Source: Microthyrium microscopicum (Eukaryota). Taken from it: a stretch of DNA of 64,000 bases. The translations under genes were made by a program, and so were the position numbers. The notes beneath the pieces were generated by a model. That model searched no databases, was not told the DNA's origin, and saw only the letters and a program-made list of their open reading frames with translations. Each line of letters starts with the position of its first letter. Positions within the stretch are counted from its first letter, which is position 1. Of the stretch, positions 34,667-48,576 are shown in pieces. The DNA is taken from assembly GCA_010405405.1 (NCBI GenBank), contig MU004231.1:1619784-1683783 (forward strand), read 5' to 3'.

Positions 34667-35476
34667 ATGTCTCACCGATACTCTGACCTCCTTGCCCAAC
34701 GAGAGGCTCGCCAGGCTGCTGCTGCTGGACAACCGCCAGCATCGGTCCCTGTTGCTGCCACCGCCGTTCCTCTTATGCAAGCCATTCCGCAGGGTGTTCC
34801 ACCACCTGCTCATTGGCCTGCTCAATTGGTTCATATGGTTCAACCCGCCGTCCAAGTTGTGGCTCCAGCACGTCCTACTGGCGATGCAGGACCTCAGCCA
34901 TTTCATAATCCCGTTCATACCCGTACCTATAGACCGCGTCACAGTCTTCCTCAAGTCAGTGGTACCCCTTCGCCGTTGTATAGTAGTGGCTATCTTGTTG
35001 ATGCGGGTGGATCCGTATATCTGACTCCACCTCCTACTTACAACCCGCCTCGATTTTACCAAGCTTACCAGCCACAGTATCAACCACAGCCAATCTACAC
35101 CGGTCCAGCCTACATGTATGATCCGAGACTCGCCTACTACCAACAGGGTCCGCCTATGTTCGCCGCCCCTCCTCCTCCCCAAGCTCTACCGGCATTCCCA
35201 TCCCAGCGTCCAGGAGACTTCCAGGGCCGCACCCGCGACGAAGTTATTATTGACAGCATCCGCCAAGCTCGAGATACTCACGACGCTCGCCTTCTAGCTA
35301 GCCGAAATATGAAGCCCGACGCCAAAGCTGGTGACATGTTCTGGGTGATCGAACCTGATGGTCAGCAAAACATGTACAGTTTCGCCACCATTGATATCGG
35401 CTTCAAAGATAAGGGCGTTTGGAAGACGAATCCACTTGACCAAACCCTCTTCTTCCAGAAACATCGCAATCAGTAG
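34667..35476 (+). CDS. Pro/Gln/Tyr-rich protein with small conserved-looking C-terminal domain
   Basis: ATG 34667 within the long ORF. Low-complexity N-terminal part and C-terminal FWVIEPDG...TID...G.W...LFF motif resembling an uncharacterised fungal family. Confidence 0.75.
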   Translation: MSHRYSDLLAQREARQAAAAGQPPASVPVAATAVPLMQAIPQGVPPPAHWPAQLVHMVQPAVQVVAPARPTGDAGPQPFHNPVHTRTYRPRHSLPQVSGTPSPLYSSGYLVDAGGSVYLTPPPTYNPPRFYQAYQPQYQPQPIYTGPAYMYDPRLAYYQQGPPMFAAPPPPQALPAFPSQRPGDFQGRTRDEVIIDSIRQARDTHDARLLASRNMKPDAKAGDMFWVIEPDGQQNMYSFATIDIGFKDKGVWKTNPLDQTLFFQKHRNQ

Positions 35477-36399
35477 TTGAAGGTACGTGGACCATTGGGC
35501 TTAGGTCACTAAAAGCATGGAAAGTCTAATCCTAGTTCAGTGCGACATGACGTGAACGGCGTTTGATACCCAGCTTTTACGACTTGATTGCCCTTTTTGT
35601 ACGACCAGACTTGATAGCAAGCATGGTGGTCAGTTATGACACATGTTTGTGTTTCCATGACTTTGACGACCTAGCAACTCTGCTCACCAAAGGTCTTGAT
35701 TTTTGGCGTGCACATTTTTGTTTGCTTTTCGGTTCCCTTTCGATATTCGACTTATTCCAGAATTGACAACGACACTTCTGAGCTGGGCTCAACGGCACCA
35801 CTCACTCAGTGACTCATATCGGCCTGGAACGTTCAGATGGGGCAAGTTGTGTTTCTTGAAGGCAAACACTCCTAGTACACTGTCAAAGTCATTCGAGGAA
35901 TCCATCAACTGCGACCAGGCTTTGCTTAGAGGTGTGTCGTTTAATGACTTGCGCGACGGAATTGTTCGTTGGGGATGCTAGGGGTCAAAGTAGCAAAAAC
36001 ATTCAGAATTCAATCCTATGCAATTCACTGATTCACTGATACACTGAGTATCTCCTGTTCTTCATTGTTATTTGAGCAAGACCTGATTGTTGAGATGATA
36101 TTTCGTCCCGTAACCCAGCAAGAAAGTGCATACTAATGTTCTATCATAATCTTACCGCATCTCCGCCCAAATATCGTATAAACAATCGTTCGCAAGAACT
36201 TCAGGCTTTTGTACCGGTATGTCGTGGTCGATACATTGGATTAAAGTGAGGATGCTACCTCCTTGTTTCTAATTCGTGCTAGGAATGGGACTTTCATGAG
36301 TAGAACCCCGAGGCATTTTTGTTCGATAAGGTACAAGTGGATCAAGGATCAACTGGAATTATTATTATGAATCTACTTAACGTCTGATAGCGGTGCCTC

Positions 36400-36800
36400 T
36401 ACGGGCCTATGCAGACTATGACTATATAAGACAAAACCTCTTAGGATAAAAGCCTTTTATGTCGTTGTTCGGGCCTTATACTATCGCACTACGCCCTTCT
36501 TCCTTACCTATTATTAGCTATATAGGTAGTTAATGCTAAAACGAAAAATCTCGTATTTATAACCTCTCTCTAGTAATCTAGTCTAGTATTAAAAGGGTAA
36601 AGTTAGTAATTAGCCTAGTAATACCCCTACGCTATGTTACTATTATAGTATAGACCGCTATATATAATTACGATTCTACGCGCTTTAGATCTTCCTCCCT
36701 AGATCTTAAATCTTATTACTAGATCTACCCTTTTACTACTTCTACTACTAAACTAGCCTTCCTCTTCCTAATTCTAGTGTCGCGTGTATCGCTAAGGTTA
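36400..36800. repeat. Small RIP-like AT/TpA-rich relic (degenerate TE fragment)
   Basis: Abrupt CpA/TpG depletion and TAG/CTA enrichment relative to the flanks. No ends identified. Confidence 0.5.
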
Positions 36801-37188
36801 TGCGGTGGTTCTTGCCATTGATTTTGGTGTTGTTGCTATTCAACATTTTGCGTTTGTTGAGTTTTCACCATTGTCGCCTATTCAGGCCCCTCACAACCTC
36901 AGCAGATCAACTGGAATACAAATTCACTTACTACGCCAGGCAGACATCTTTAAACATCCTAGGCTGGCTCTTGAGGGACAAAATAAGTGAGCCGTCTAGA
37001 CGACTACCCTATCGATTGCGATGGCTGCCATAACACTTCCCAAAGAGCGACTGCTTTGATTACCATCGTCTTTGATAAGTTGATATAAACTTGAATGTTA
37101 CGACGCTAGGTAGTAGCAATTAGAGCAAATGCCCTTTAAGAAGCGTTATGGCATAGGAAAACTAGGTACTTTATGTGAGCCAGTGTGC

Positions 37189-38608
37189 TCAAAACCCTCT
37201 TCTCAGTTCTCGTGAGACTAAGTTTTTCCTTCGTGCTCTAGCTTTGCATAGCGATATCAGTCCCCAAAGACCGTCTAGAATACAAATGCTGATACATATA
37301 CTTAGTCGTTAGCTTTGAACTCCACAGGCCTATTTGAGACCAAAATCTGCCATAGAACATACCAAAAGACAACCGTTAGCTTCCAAATGACTTGTGGTGA
37401 GCTTTTAGTAATCTCAGTCCCAGGGGATGCCTCTTGTATTACATCGAAAATGTGAACGTATCTGCCAGGCCCGATTTTGTAGATGGTGTAATACAGCGTC
37501 GACATGCGAACAATATAGAAAACCCAAGCGAAGATTCCTACGTCCCAAAGACAGCAAACGATGATCAGAGTAATGAACCGACTAAAGTAGAAGGAGCGGC
37601 GCGTATCGAAATAGGCTCTTTCAAATGACCCAAATCCGAGAATACCGGCGGCCAAGATCGCGGAGAGCGCAAGTAGATATATCACGTATCCAAGGAGCTT
37701 AGATTTTGGTTAGAGCCCACCATAGAATTAGAGCCTAAGAGATGATGTTGGATGCTTACGGTAAACAGGAGAGCCTGTCCCCCAGGCCAGAGGTATACCC
37801 GATGAAGGCTCATGTCCCAAAGCAGAGACGCCTTCGTTCTTGCTCTGGCTCCTGGGTAAATCTTCCAGCCCTCGCTACTGTAGTGTAAAAGGTTTGTTCG
37901 ATTCTGGACCAGGAATGTACCGGTAGCAGCTTTCCAGAGATCTCCTTGATATAATAGCCAGATGTCTCCGAAATGAAGAAGAATTCCAATTTCATCCTCG
38001 TCAACCATCATCGTTCCATTGTTGGTCATCCAAGTCTTGTCCTTGTTCATCAACAGGGTGGTACCGTTATTTGGCAATTTCTTTTCATAGAGTTTGAATA
38101 TGTCTCCATTTGATCTCGCCTTCGGTTGATATAGTGTGGCGATACCTGGGCATGCACCAATGGCAACTTCTGTCTCGTTCATGCGGCGTATCGGTGTATA
38201 CGTATTTCCCGCTGAATCTAGCTCAGTCATCCATGTGCCGTTGTTGAGCAACCAGACATCATCCGACGCTTGCAAGAACGTTTTCCATGGTTCTAGAAAG
38301 AGTGTACCATTCGGCTTGTATAGATTTGTCCCATCGAAATCCAATAGAGTATCGTTATCGTAGTTAGGTAGAAAGTTTTTAAGATAGTTGTCGGCTTTGC
38401 GTACTACTGATTCATATCGCCCAGCAACGCCTATGATAACCAAGCCGACACTGACTGCGCTGGCGTGCAGTAATACCCATCGAGGGAAACAACTTTTTAT
38501 CAGCAGCAAAATTGATCGTTTGAAGCCAATCTGCCGAAAAAGTGCACGGCTTGGGAAGTGATTTCTGAGAGGAGACTTTATTTTGGCATTATGCTGAGCT
38601 TCTTCCAT
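37189..38608 (-). CDS. Four-TM membrane glycoprotein, tandem paralog A (3 exons)
   Basis: TM1, ~230-aa loop with many N-x-T/S sequons, then 3 TMs. Introns at ~37760 (GTAAGC) and 37361 (GTATGT). Last exon ICISICILDGLWG...RRGF*. Confidence 0.78.
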
Positions 38609-38822
38609 TGCGTGAGGCTTTCCAAATTGATGCTACGACAAATCGAAAACTATTTCATATGCCAAAATCTTATACAGGATTTCTGTAGGATTAGCTTCGA
38701 TGTGACTGGTCGAAGTATGTATCTAAATACGAAGCATATATTGCCCAAGTTGCGGGCCAAATATACACCCTTGATCGGGGCAGTGCAAGTTCTACATGTT
38801 TCTGTCGAAACCAGAATTTGCC

Positions 38823-40315
38823 TCAGTGCCCATCTGGATCATTGAGGTCAATCTCCTGAAAGACCAATCTCTTCCTACGCCTTTTGGCTCCGCATATCAA
38901 TATCGCTCCCCACGTCCCATCTATAACACAAATACCTAAGCAAATACTTATCAGTTAGTAATTAACCAATCATCGTCGGTGAAAGATCATAATGACCACC
39001 AAATAACTTACGCAAAAACTACCGTTGAAGCCCAAATGGTTTTGGGCATTGTTCGTAGTTGCGACGTAGCGAGCGAAGAGAACTGCTTCTTCAATGCAGC
39101 TACGACTGTTGGTGTGATATTCCCATCCCAGCTGCGAACATGAAAGATCTCGTGCCTACCGAAGTAGAGAAGAAGACAGAGCCAGAACTCAAAACCGGCT
39201 TCAAGTAGCGTACAGGATATGATCAATAGAATGAAGCGATTGAAGTAAGTAGACTGGCGAGGATCGACATATGCTTTAATATGGCCTCCAAACCCACACA
39301 GATTGGCTAGAAAGTACGTTGAAATAGTCATGTAGTACACAACGTATCCAAGCGCCTATGCAGAAATCAGTAAGCTTCTTGGTGTGAAGGTAGAATCATG
39401 GAGCATGCATACAGTAAACATGATGTACTTATTTTGGCCCGTTGCCCAAGCAAAATACCGACGACTACTGGTTCCCCAGTTGAAAAGTTGTTGCTTCGTC
39501 ATACAGCTCATCCCGTCGTATAGAAACCATCCCGACTGGTTATTATGTAGTGTACTGGTCTGATTTCGCACTCTCAAGACGGAGTCACTAGACTTCCAAA
39601 TTTCTCCCTGATACAGGAGCCAAGCAATATCCTGATGTAGAAGAAGGCCATTTTCATCCTTTTGGACGATAGTCGTTCCATTCCTTGACAACCATGTTGT
39701 GCCGTTGACTATCAAGAACGTTTCTCCGTTGTCCAGTTGAAGTTTTCGATCATAGTGTTCAAATATTCCCAATGTGTAGTTAGAAGAACTGAGCAGGGGG
39801 TTATCTTTGTACAGTTCCTGTTCTTTTTCTGAAAGTTGCCAGAATATAAAGTCATCGAGCAGGGCGAGGAAACCTGTCTTGTTCATGGATATCAATGGAC
39901 CCCATGGGTTATTATTTTGATCTAATGGTTTGACCCAAGCATCATCTTCCAATAGCCAAATTGTGTCTGCACTTTGCAGTAATGTTTGAGTTGGTCCCAA
40001 GTAGGACGTACCCGACGGTTTGAACAAAGCTCCTCCTTTGGAATCTAGTAGCGTATTGTTGTCAAGTTCAGGTAAGATATCTCCGGCTGTGCGGTCGTCG
40101 AATCTATGGGCGCTGAAAGCATACGTTGCAGTGCAGACCAACACAAATATGCCTATGATCCACGTTGTTGTGCGTAAAAGTATCCATCGAGTTACTCCAC
40201 CGTTCAAAAAGAGGGTGAAAAATCTCTTGATACCAATATGCTTGAGGAATTTGAAGCTTGGCAGATAGTTGATGAAGGGCCGCTGTATTTTTGGCGTGCG
40301 CAAAGTGTGATCCAT
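38823..40315 (-). CDS. Four-TM membrane glycoprotein, tandem paralog B (3 exons)
   Basis: Clearly homologous to paralog A (TLLD..G..L.KP.GT..L, LQ..D..WLL, WLLYQG..WK, ALDT/SLDT, D.R.S.YF.RFI.LII, IC..IC..DG.WG), with the same intron positions. Confidence 0.8.
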
Positions 40316-40656
40316 GAGGCGAACTGCCAATATCCTCAAGGCAGAAGTCCAAATCCTTCCTTATTTACTATGGAGTCAAAAGAGATCTAGCCCATTCCAG
40401 TCGGTTTGGGAGGCACAGTTTAACGCTACTCCCTCTATATGTAATATATTTAATGAAGCATGAATCCTACTCGTATAAAACCCTGAGAGGTTTGCGCAAC
40501 TCTTCGTAGTACGAGCCCTTCCATCAAGGCTTGTATGAACATCACCATGATCATCCTAGTCATAACAGTCATTTCAAGCACTTTCTTAAGGGACCCTCAA
40601 TCATACGTCCCACCAGAGGTTGAGTAAAGATAGAGCCCAGCTGAAATCTCAATTCG

Positions 40657-42811
40657 ATGAAGTTGTTTTCATTCCAAAGGAAGAAAAGACCGCAGAGGCC
40701 TTCTCTGCAATTCAATCACCTCTTCCAGATTCTCTGTGCAGGATGTCGAGAGTTTGACGAGATATGTACGGTAAGGCTGAGGCTAATCCCTCAACTCAAT
40801 GGTGTCGCACGTAAACCGGAACCAGTGCAGCTTCACGAGAGTTTTTCCTCCTTGGAGCAATCAGCTGAAGAAGGTTGCTTCACATGCAGAATCTGGAGGA
40901 AGCTTCTTTTGCGAGAATGTCCGCTGCGGGAGATGATGTCGGAGCTTCGAGAGAGCAATAACGTTATTTGGGCGCTGCCTCCAATACAGGCCGAGGAACC
41001 GTGGACAATAAAGATCGGAACACAGTTAAGATCAAATAGGTCATTGATAGCAGAAGCTATTCTAGATGATAGCTACGACATGCCAAGTAGGTTTTTTTTG
41101 GTGCTGCTAGTTGGCAGTGATGAAGCTAAACTTAAAATCAAGATTTGCACATTGATCCAGCATGTCCAGAAATGGTGTCCAATATCAAAAACTGGTATGA
41201 TCAGTGCTGCCAGAATGTGAAAGAGCACATCAATTGCTTCACTCATTGGAAATCTTGTGAAATAGAAAGGCGATCATTTCGTCCTCGAAGACTTGTCTCG
41301 ATTCTTGCGACAGAAAACGCTTCAGTCGAGGCTGTCAAGTTGGTCTCTGGAGCTGACGTAGCAGAGAGTGAACATTATGTGGCTCTAAGCTACTGCTGGT
41401 ATGTATGACCGAGGAAAAATATACGGATGCCCTTTGACGATTGTATAGGGGCAAATCAAAAAATTATAAGACTACACAGGAGAACGAAAGCCAGCACAGA
41501 GACAAGATCTACACGGCAAAACTACCAAGAACCGTACAGGACGCTATCAGACTTTGCCGGCTTCTGGGCATCAATTATATATGGGTCGACGCGCTATGTA
41601 TTCTGCAGGACTCTGAAGGCTCTCAAGAATGGAGTATTGAAGCCAGCATAATGGACAAAATCTATGGATTTGCTGCATTCACCCTTGCCATTACTTCAAG
41701 CAAGACAGCGGATGAAGGATTCTTGCAGAATCGAGACGCCGAATCTTTGGATACCACAGGGATTGGCAAGGCTCTGATCGGAGAGACCGGCATAAAAATA
41801 CCCCACAAATCGCTGCACAGTATTCGTAAAGACTCACCTCTGGATACCAGAGGGTGGACCTTCCAGGAGGAGATTCTCTCTCCTCGCATTCTTCATTTCA
41901 CCGCCCTTGGAGTTTTTTGGACCTGTCTTTCGGGGACAAGCTCAGAACTAGATCCAAAGTTTGTGTCAAATCCGCCGGGGCTGGAGGATTCGCGATTTGA
42001 GGATTTCCACTTTGCAGAAGTTGAGCAGCTTGGGAACGGCGATATTAAAGCGCTGAAAGTGTACCACAGATGGCTTAAGTTAGTGGAAGCCTACTCTACT
42101 CGAGAATTTGAATATATCGACGATAGATTTCCCGCACTGTCTGGCCTCGCTAAGAAATATGCGGATGCAACACAGGATCAATACGTAGCCGGACTTTGGC
42201 TGACTTCGCTACATAGTGGACTTCTCTGGAAGGTCAGGAAGCCAGATGCCTTATTGCGAACTGATAATGCTCATCACGCGCTGCCTTCTGCTCCATCATG
42301 GTCCTGGGCGTCAGTGCCACCGGAAAATGGGATAGAATACCATTCGAAATTTGGTCCACCAGCAATGCAATCGCAATTCACGAACTACGATGTTAAGCTG
42401 AAAAGCGAAGACAAGTTTGGAGCACTCGAACAGGCAAAAATATCCATCAAAGCACGTTTCAGACCTTTGATTGAAGAAGAGACGGAGATTCCCTGGCCTA
42501 AGAACGAGCTCAGGGGCAGAGACGATCAGATTCTGTTCCCAAACACGAGAGGCAGTGTGTTTGCAATCGACTTCAACAGCAATCGAGTACTTCTTTCTCG
42601 CAACGAGGGTAGTCCAATAATCATGCACATGGACTATAAGATCCCCTGTACGCTCGCGAACTGCTTCGCTCTTGAAGTAAACAAGAATGGTTTTATAGTG
42701 CTGAGGGAAACTGCAGAGATTGGCATGTTCGAGCGAATCGGTTGCGCGCCGTGGCATACTGATCGAGGCTTTTTCGATCAATACGATGTTGTTGAAGTTC
42801 GCATCAAATGA
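40657..42811 (+). CDS. HET-domain protein (C..C N-terminal type)
   Basis: SAEEGCFTC, RPRRLV, YVALSYCW|G, LPRTVQDAI, YIWVDALCILQD, PLDTRGWTFQE, DRFPALSGLA and APSWSWAS motifs. Introns ~41088-41142 and ~41399-41447. Confidence 0.92.
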
Positions 42812-43669
42812 GAAGCGCTTGCGACCATGCTCGGCTCGACAATGAAGCTTCACTATCTGAGCATACGAAGTAGTCGTTCAAAAGTAAGGCACTATATCGC
42901 AAAGCGCAGTGGATGGTCGACACCGCAATCGGTAGGAGTACGCCAGTTATTTCGCTTATCCATTGGCACTCTTAGTTCGTTGTCAGATTAAATGAGACGA
43001 CAGTTGACAAACAAAGGGCGCTCCCATGTGGTGCTTATTCTCCCTCGCGAACCACAAAGCAACTGATACTGGATCGAACGCTACGAGAAATATAGCATCC
43101 TTTATCTAGTAGCGGCGGTGAAAGCCATTGTTCCTGATGGAGGGTGCCCAGTATTTGTTACTCCGCTGGGAGCCTTAGCATTGTTGATCTTGATCGGATC
43201 AGAACCTCGAATATAGACTGAAAACCCAGCTGGAAAGATGAAAAGAGAAGAATTACCTTATCGATGCAAATGGAGATCGAACTTGATGGCTGAAATCGAA
43301 TTTGATGACTGAGAGCAGCGTCGATGGCGGAGAGCAGACTTGATGGACATTTGAGCTAGAGGCACAATACCAGAGCAATGTGATGAAATAACCGGAAAAT
43401 GAACACTGAAATTATTATACTAGCAACGGACTACTATATTCATGTAAGCACCGTTTTGACCATCCCAATCGCTGGCAGAAACAGCCCAAACTCAAAACCA
43501 CAGGAAAAGGGGGATAATTCATTTTTCATAGTCGATGGAAGTGTCCTTGAACACGTGAAACCCCTCGTGCATGAAGTAAGTTTGCAACTAAAACCCAACA
43601 CTGGGCCACCAGATAATTGACTCGTCTCAAATTCGGTGCCAGTATCAGGAGTTTCGAGTCGTGGATTGC

Positions 43670-45033
43670 CTAACGACGGCCGTGGGAACGATTAACGGAG
43701 CCTTGAAGCGCATCAACTTCGGCTTCCAACTGCTTGATCATAGCATGACTTTGCTCAAGGTCCTTGTTTAGGCGGTCACGCTCAGCGATGAGCTTCTGTT
43801 CCCAATTACGGAAGCGACCTTCCTCAACCTTGACCTGCTCGGTGAAACGCTTGCGGAGTGCCTCCTCCTCTTCCTTGAACTTGGGATTGTCGAGCTTGCG
43901 GGGACGAGCTTCGCCAAATTTGCGTGTCTCCATTTGCTGTGCGCGGTAGGCCTCGTAGTGGTTCTCCTCTGTGGTCTGGATAAGATCGAGCATGTGGGTG
44001 CGGATCAAAATGGCGCGCAGCTTCTTAAAGTCACAGTGCTCCTCATTTTCGACTTCAGCGACACCCCAGGCATACTGGCGACCTTTGACGGTGCGGCCGT
44101 CCGAGGTCTGGACGTCCTTCTCGGATCCAATGACAGAGAATGGCATGGCGGCAATGAGACTGCGAGCATGGTGGAGACCGGCTTCATCGTCCTCCTCTAG
44201 CGGTGGCTGGTAGATCTTGATTCCTTGAGCTTCAATGACGGCCCGTATCTAATCAAAAGGTCAGGAATGAGACGAAATGCGCACATGATGAAAACATACC
44301 CGCTGCTTGAACTTGGCCAGGTCTGTAGGGCTGAGAGTATCGGCCTTGGCAATAACTGGAATCAAGTTGACGCGAGTACATAGTCTCTTCATGACTTCAA
44401 TGTCCAGTGGCTTGAGGGTGTGGCCAGTGGCGCGAATGAAGTACAGGCAGGTGTGGACTCGAAGATCGATCTTCTCAATTCGGCGGGGCTGTTGTTCTTG
44501 AAGCATGTAGGACTCGTGTTGATCGTCAAGGAATTCGATGATTGGTTGCCATGAATCACGATTGTTGACATAGTCACCGAAACCAGGTGTGTCAATGACG
44601 GTAAGACGGACTGTTGCTTATCAGCATCCGAGCTTCCAATGCAAAAACGAAGACGTACCCTTGAAGAACTTCTCTTCCAACTCGGCCTTGGTGATCTCGA
44701 TCTCAACAGTCTTGTCGATTTGCTTGTGATGGCGACGCTTGTGATCGGCGTAGTTCTTGATGGTAGTGGAGAAAAGGGTGTTGATGAAGGTAGTTTTGCC
44801 TAAGCCGGATTCGCCAGCAACCATTATGGTAAAGGCAGCTCCACGCTTAGCAACGATCTTGTGTCTGCGCGTAGGTTAGATGGGTAATTCTATGGATTGT
44901 TATTGGGACCGTAGAAGATGCGTACCGTTGATTGGGGAGCTATGGAACGACATGTCAGCAGATTTCAAACAGATCATAAGGATAGGTAAGAACATACATT
45001 GGCAATGCCAATTGGGGACGCAGACTCGGCCAT
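43670..45033 (-). CDS. CDC12: Septin Cdc12/AspC
   Basis: MAESASPIGIAN|LPNQR|HKIVAKRGAAFTIMVAGESGLGKTT, DTPGFGD, AKAD, GRQY.WG and a C-terminal coiled coil ending HGRR. 4 introns. Confidence 0.93.
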
Positions 45034-45896
45034 TGTTGCGATGGATGGTCTGGGATGTAGGTAGGGATTGTAAAGGTGGTCAATGGGATCGCGGGGCGGT
45101 TGATGGCAGAATCACGACGCGACAACGGTGATGGCGACGAGGATGATGGAGAAGTGGAGGATGTTGTTGTTAATGAAGCGGAGGTGAAGTTGAGATAGAG
45201 TGTGGATGGGGGATAGAAGTTGCGATGGGAAAAGGAGGAAAGGGGGCACTGACCGCGACTTCTTCTTTCCTTGGGCTAATGACCATCTTCACATCCTGAT
45301 TGGGCAATGATGTTGAGCCGCGATTTCCCCTGAAGATTTGCTCGGACTTTTATTTCCCCGGATTTGGTCTAGCTCCTCTGCTATCCACAACCATCTCCGG
45401 CATCATTTCTTAAAAGATAGACACTGATAATGTCCAGCGCATTCGATGGGGTGTCAAGCATTTCACTCATTCAATGGGTTCTCATCATCTCAAGCACAAA
45501 GCAATCAAGTTTAGCGATTCTCAAGAGACAACAAGATAGCCAAAATAGTCATGTATTGAAGCGCGGGCGCATACCTAGGTACCGCCAAGAAGACCATAAG
45601 ACTGGTTGGAGCAACCCAAGAATTGAATCAATAAACTGAACTAGCTATTATGAATTACAGTAGTCCCTATCCTGGTTTCAACAATTGACATGGAGGCTTG
45701 GAAACAGGACATAAGATCCACAAAAGGCTGTATAGTTATTAGGCCAATCACAGGTCGCGAACTCCGATGCCAAGATTTCGACTTTTTGCAACTCCAAAAA
45801 AATATCAACTGGTTGTCCACCATCATTACCAAACTGTCTCTCCACAACAAAGCAGAATTCGCGCTAAAAACTGCCATGGGCTGGTAATATATCACC

Positions 45897-48576
45897 ATGA
45901 AGACTGACTTCCGCTTCGATAATTTGCTTGGAACAGTTTACGGCTCCGGAAACCTTGCCTTTACTCCAGACGGCACCACATTACTCTCCCCTGTGGGCAA
46001 CCGAGTCACAGTCTTCGATCTCGTAAAGGACAAGTCGCATACACTACCCTTTACGCATAGACGGCCCATATCACACCTTGCTCTCCATCCATCCGGTCAA
46101 CTCCTCCTTACCATCGACCAATCTGGTCGCGCAATCCTCTCACATCTTCCCCGCCGCCTCGCGCTTTACTACTTTACCTTCAAATCTCCGGTAACCGCCC
46201 TCGCCTTTTCACCATGTGGGAAATACTTTGCTGCCGCAACAGGAAGATTGATAGAAATATGGCATACTCCGCAAACACCGGCATCGTCTGCTGATGGGGG
46301 CCTAGCGTTCGCGCCGTTTGAGCTACATCGTAGGCTCAGCGGTCATTATGACGAAATTACAAGCGTGGAATGGTCTGGTGATTCAAGATTCTTTTTGACT
46401 GCTTCGAAAGATCTACATGCTAGGGTATGGAGCTTTGACCCTGTAGAGGGATTCGTTCCCACTGCATTAGCTGGGCATCGGCAGGCAGTGGTAGGAGCAT
46501 GGTTTTCCAAAGATCAAGAGTCCATCTGGACCATCAGCAAGGATGGAGCATTATTTCAGTGGGAGTATTCACAAAGGCCGGATAAGGAGGAAGAAGAACT
46601 TCAGTGGCGAGTCTTTGCAAGACATTACTTCAAGCAAACGCCGGCATATGTGTCATGCGCTGCCTTTCATCCTGAGTCGAACTTGTTAGTGACGGGATTT
46701 TCAACTGGTATTTTCATGATACACGAACTGCCAGATTTTACCGAACTACAAACATTGAGGTATGTCGCATAGTTCAATGCATGATCCCGACGCTAACATG
46801 AGCAGTGTATCACAAACAAACGTTTCTCAAGTCATCATTAATTCCGCAGGCAATTGGCTAGCTCTTTCCTCCGCCAAACTCAGCCAACTCCTAGTGTGGG
46901 ACTGGCAATCAGAATCATACATCCTTAAACAACAATCACATCACGACTCGCTAAACGCGCTAGCGTATACGCCTGATGCGCAGAGAATTGTGACGTGCGC
47001 TGATGATGGGAAGATAAAACTCTGGGATGTAAGATCCGGCTTCTGCTCGGTTACATTTACAGAACATAGTAGTGGTGTAACGGCATGCGAGTTTGCCAAA
47101 CGAGGCAATATTCTATTTACAGCAAGTCTTGATGGCTCTGTAAGAGCTTGGGATCTACTACGCTATCGCAACTTCCGCACCTTCACAGCACCAGCTAAAC
47201 TAGGTTTCTCATGCTTAGCCGTAGATCCATCAGGCGAAGTCGTAGCCGCTGGATCGCATGACACTGACACGATACATATCTGGTCTGTCCAAACTGGACA
47301 ATTGCTGGATCAACTAGCTGGTCATGAAGGCCCAATCTCCTGTCTCGCCTTCACCCCAGACGGCACCTCTCTAATTTCAGGCTCTTGGGACAATACCGTC
47401 CGCATATGGAGCATATTTGCCCGTCAACAAAGCTCTGAACCGCTCACCCTTCAAGCAAACGTTCTCTCCCTCGCCGTCCGTCCCGACTCCAAACAAATCG
47501 CCGTTGCCACCCTCGACGGCCAACTAAGCTTCTGGTCTATTGCCGAAGGTGCCCAAATCAACGTTCTTGATGGCCGCCGCGACGTTTCTGGCGGCCGGAA
47601 ACTAGGCGACCGCCGAACAGCAGCCAACGTCGCCGATACCAAAGCATTTGACACTCTCGCCTACAGCGCTGACGGCACCTGCATTCTCGCCGCCGGCAAA
47701 TCAAAATATATCTGTCTCTACGAATGCACATCCGGCGTACTCCTCAAAAAATTCACCGTCAGTGTCAACCTAGCGCTAGACGGCACCCAAGAATTCCTCT
47801 CCTCCCGAAATCTCACTGATGCTGGACCTGTCGACATACTCGACGATGCAGGCGACGCATCCGATCTAGAAGACCGCATCGACCGAACCCTCCCAGGTGC
47901 CACCCGCGGCGACGCCTCCGTCCGACGCGCACGCCCAGAGATACGCGTGGCAGGCGTACAATTTGCGCCATCCGGTCGAGGATTCTGCGCAGCCAGTACT
48001 GAAGGTCTGCTCGTCTACGACCTCGACGTTGGCCAACGATTCGACCCTTTCGAACTCGATGTCGACGTAACACCCGCCACCACCCACGCCGCTCTAGCAT
48101 CTGGCGACTACCTTCGCGCCCTCGTAATGGCCTTCCGCCTAAATGAAGCGCCCCTCCTAACAACCGTCTACGAAGCCATACCAGCACCTGATATCCCACT
48201 AGTTGTTCGCGGAGTACCAGATATATATCTTGCGCGTCTATTACGTCTTGTTGTCAAGCAGACAGAGAGTTCACCGCATTTGGAGTTCTGTCTACGGTGG
48301 CTCGAGGCACTGATGACGAGCTGGGGACGGACGATCAGACAGCGAAAAGGCGAGTTTGCGGCAGAGATTAGGGCGGTTACGAGGGTGGTGCAGAGCGTGG
48401 AGAGGGAGTTGAGGAGGCTGGGGGAAGGAAATGGGTATATGGTTGATTATTTGCTCAAGCAGACTAGCGCCGATGCTACTGATGGGGCAGAGAATGGGAG
48501 TAATGACGTGAATGGGCTTAATGAGGCGATGGATGAGGATGGTGATGATGAGGGCGAGTGGGAGGGAGCAGACTGA
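45897..48576 (+). CDS. PWP2: WD40 SSU-processome protein Pwp2/Utp1
   Basis: MKTDFRFDNLLGTVY...LLSPVGNRVTVFDL, WEWQSESY-like ILKQQ.H, SLDGSVRAWDLLRYRNFRTFT and FDPFELD. One intron ~46760-46805. Confidence 0.96.
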
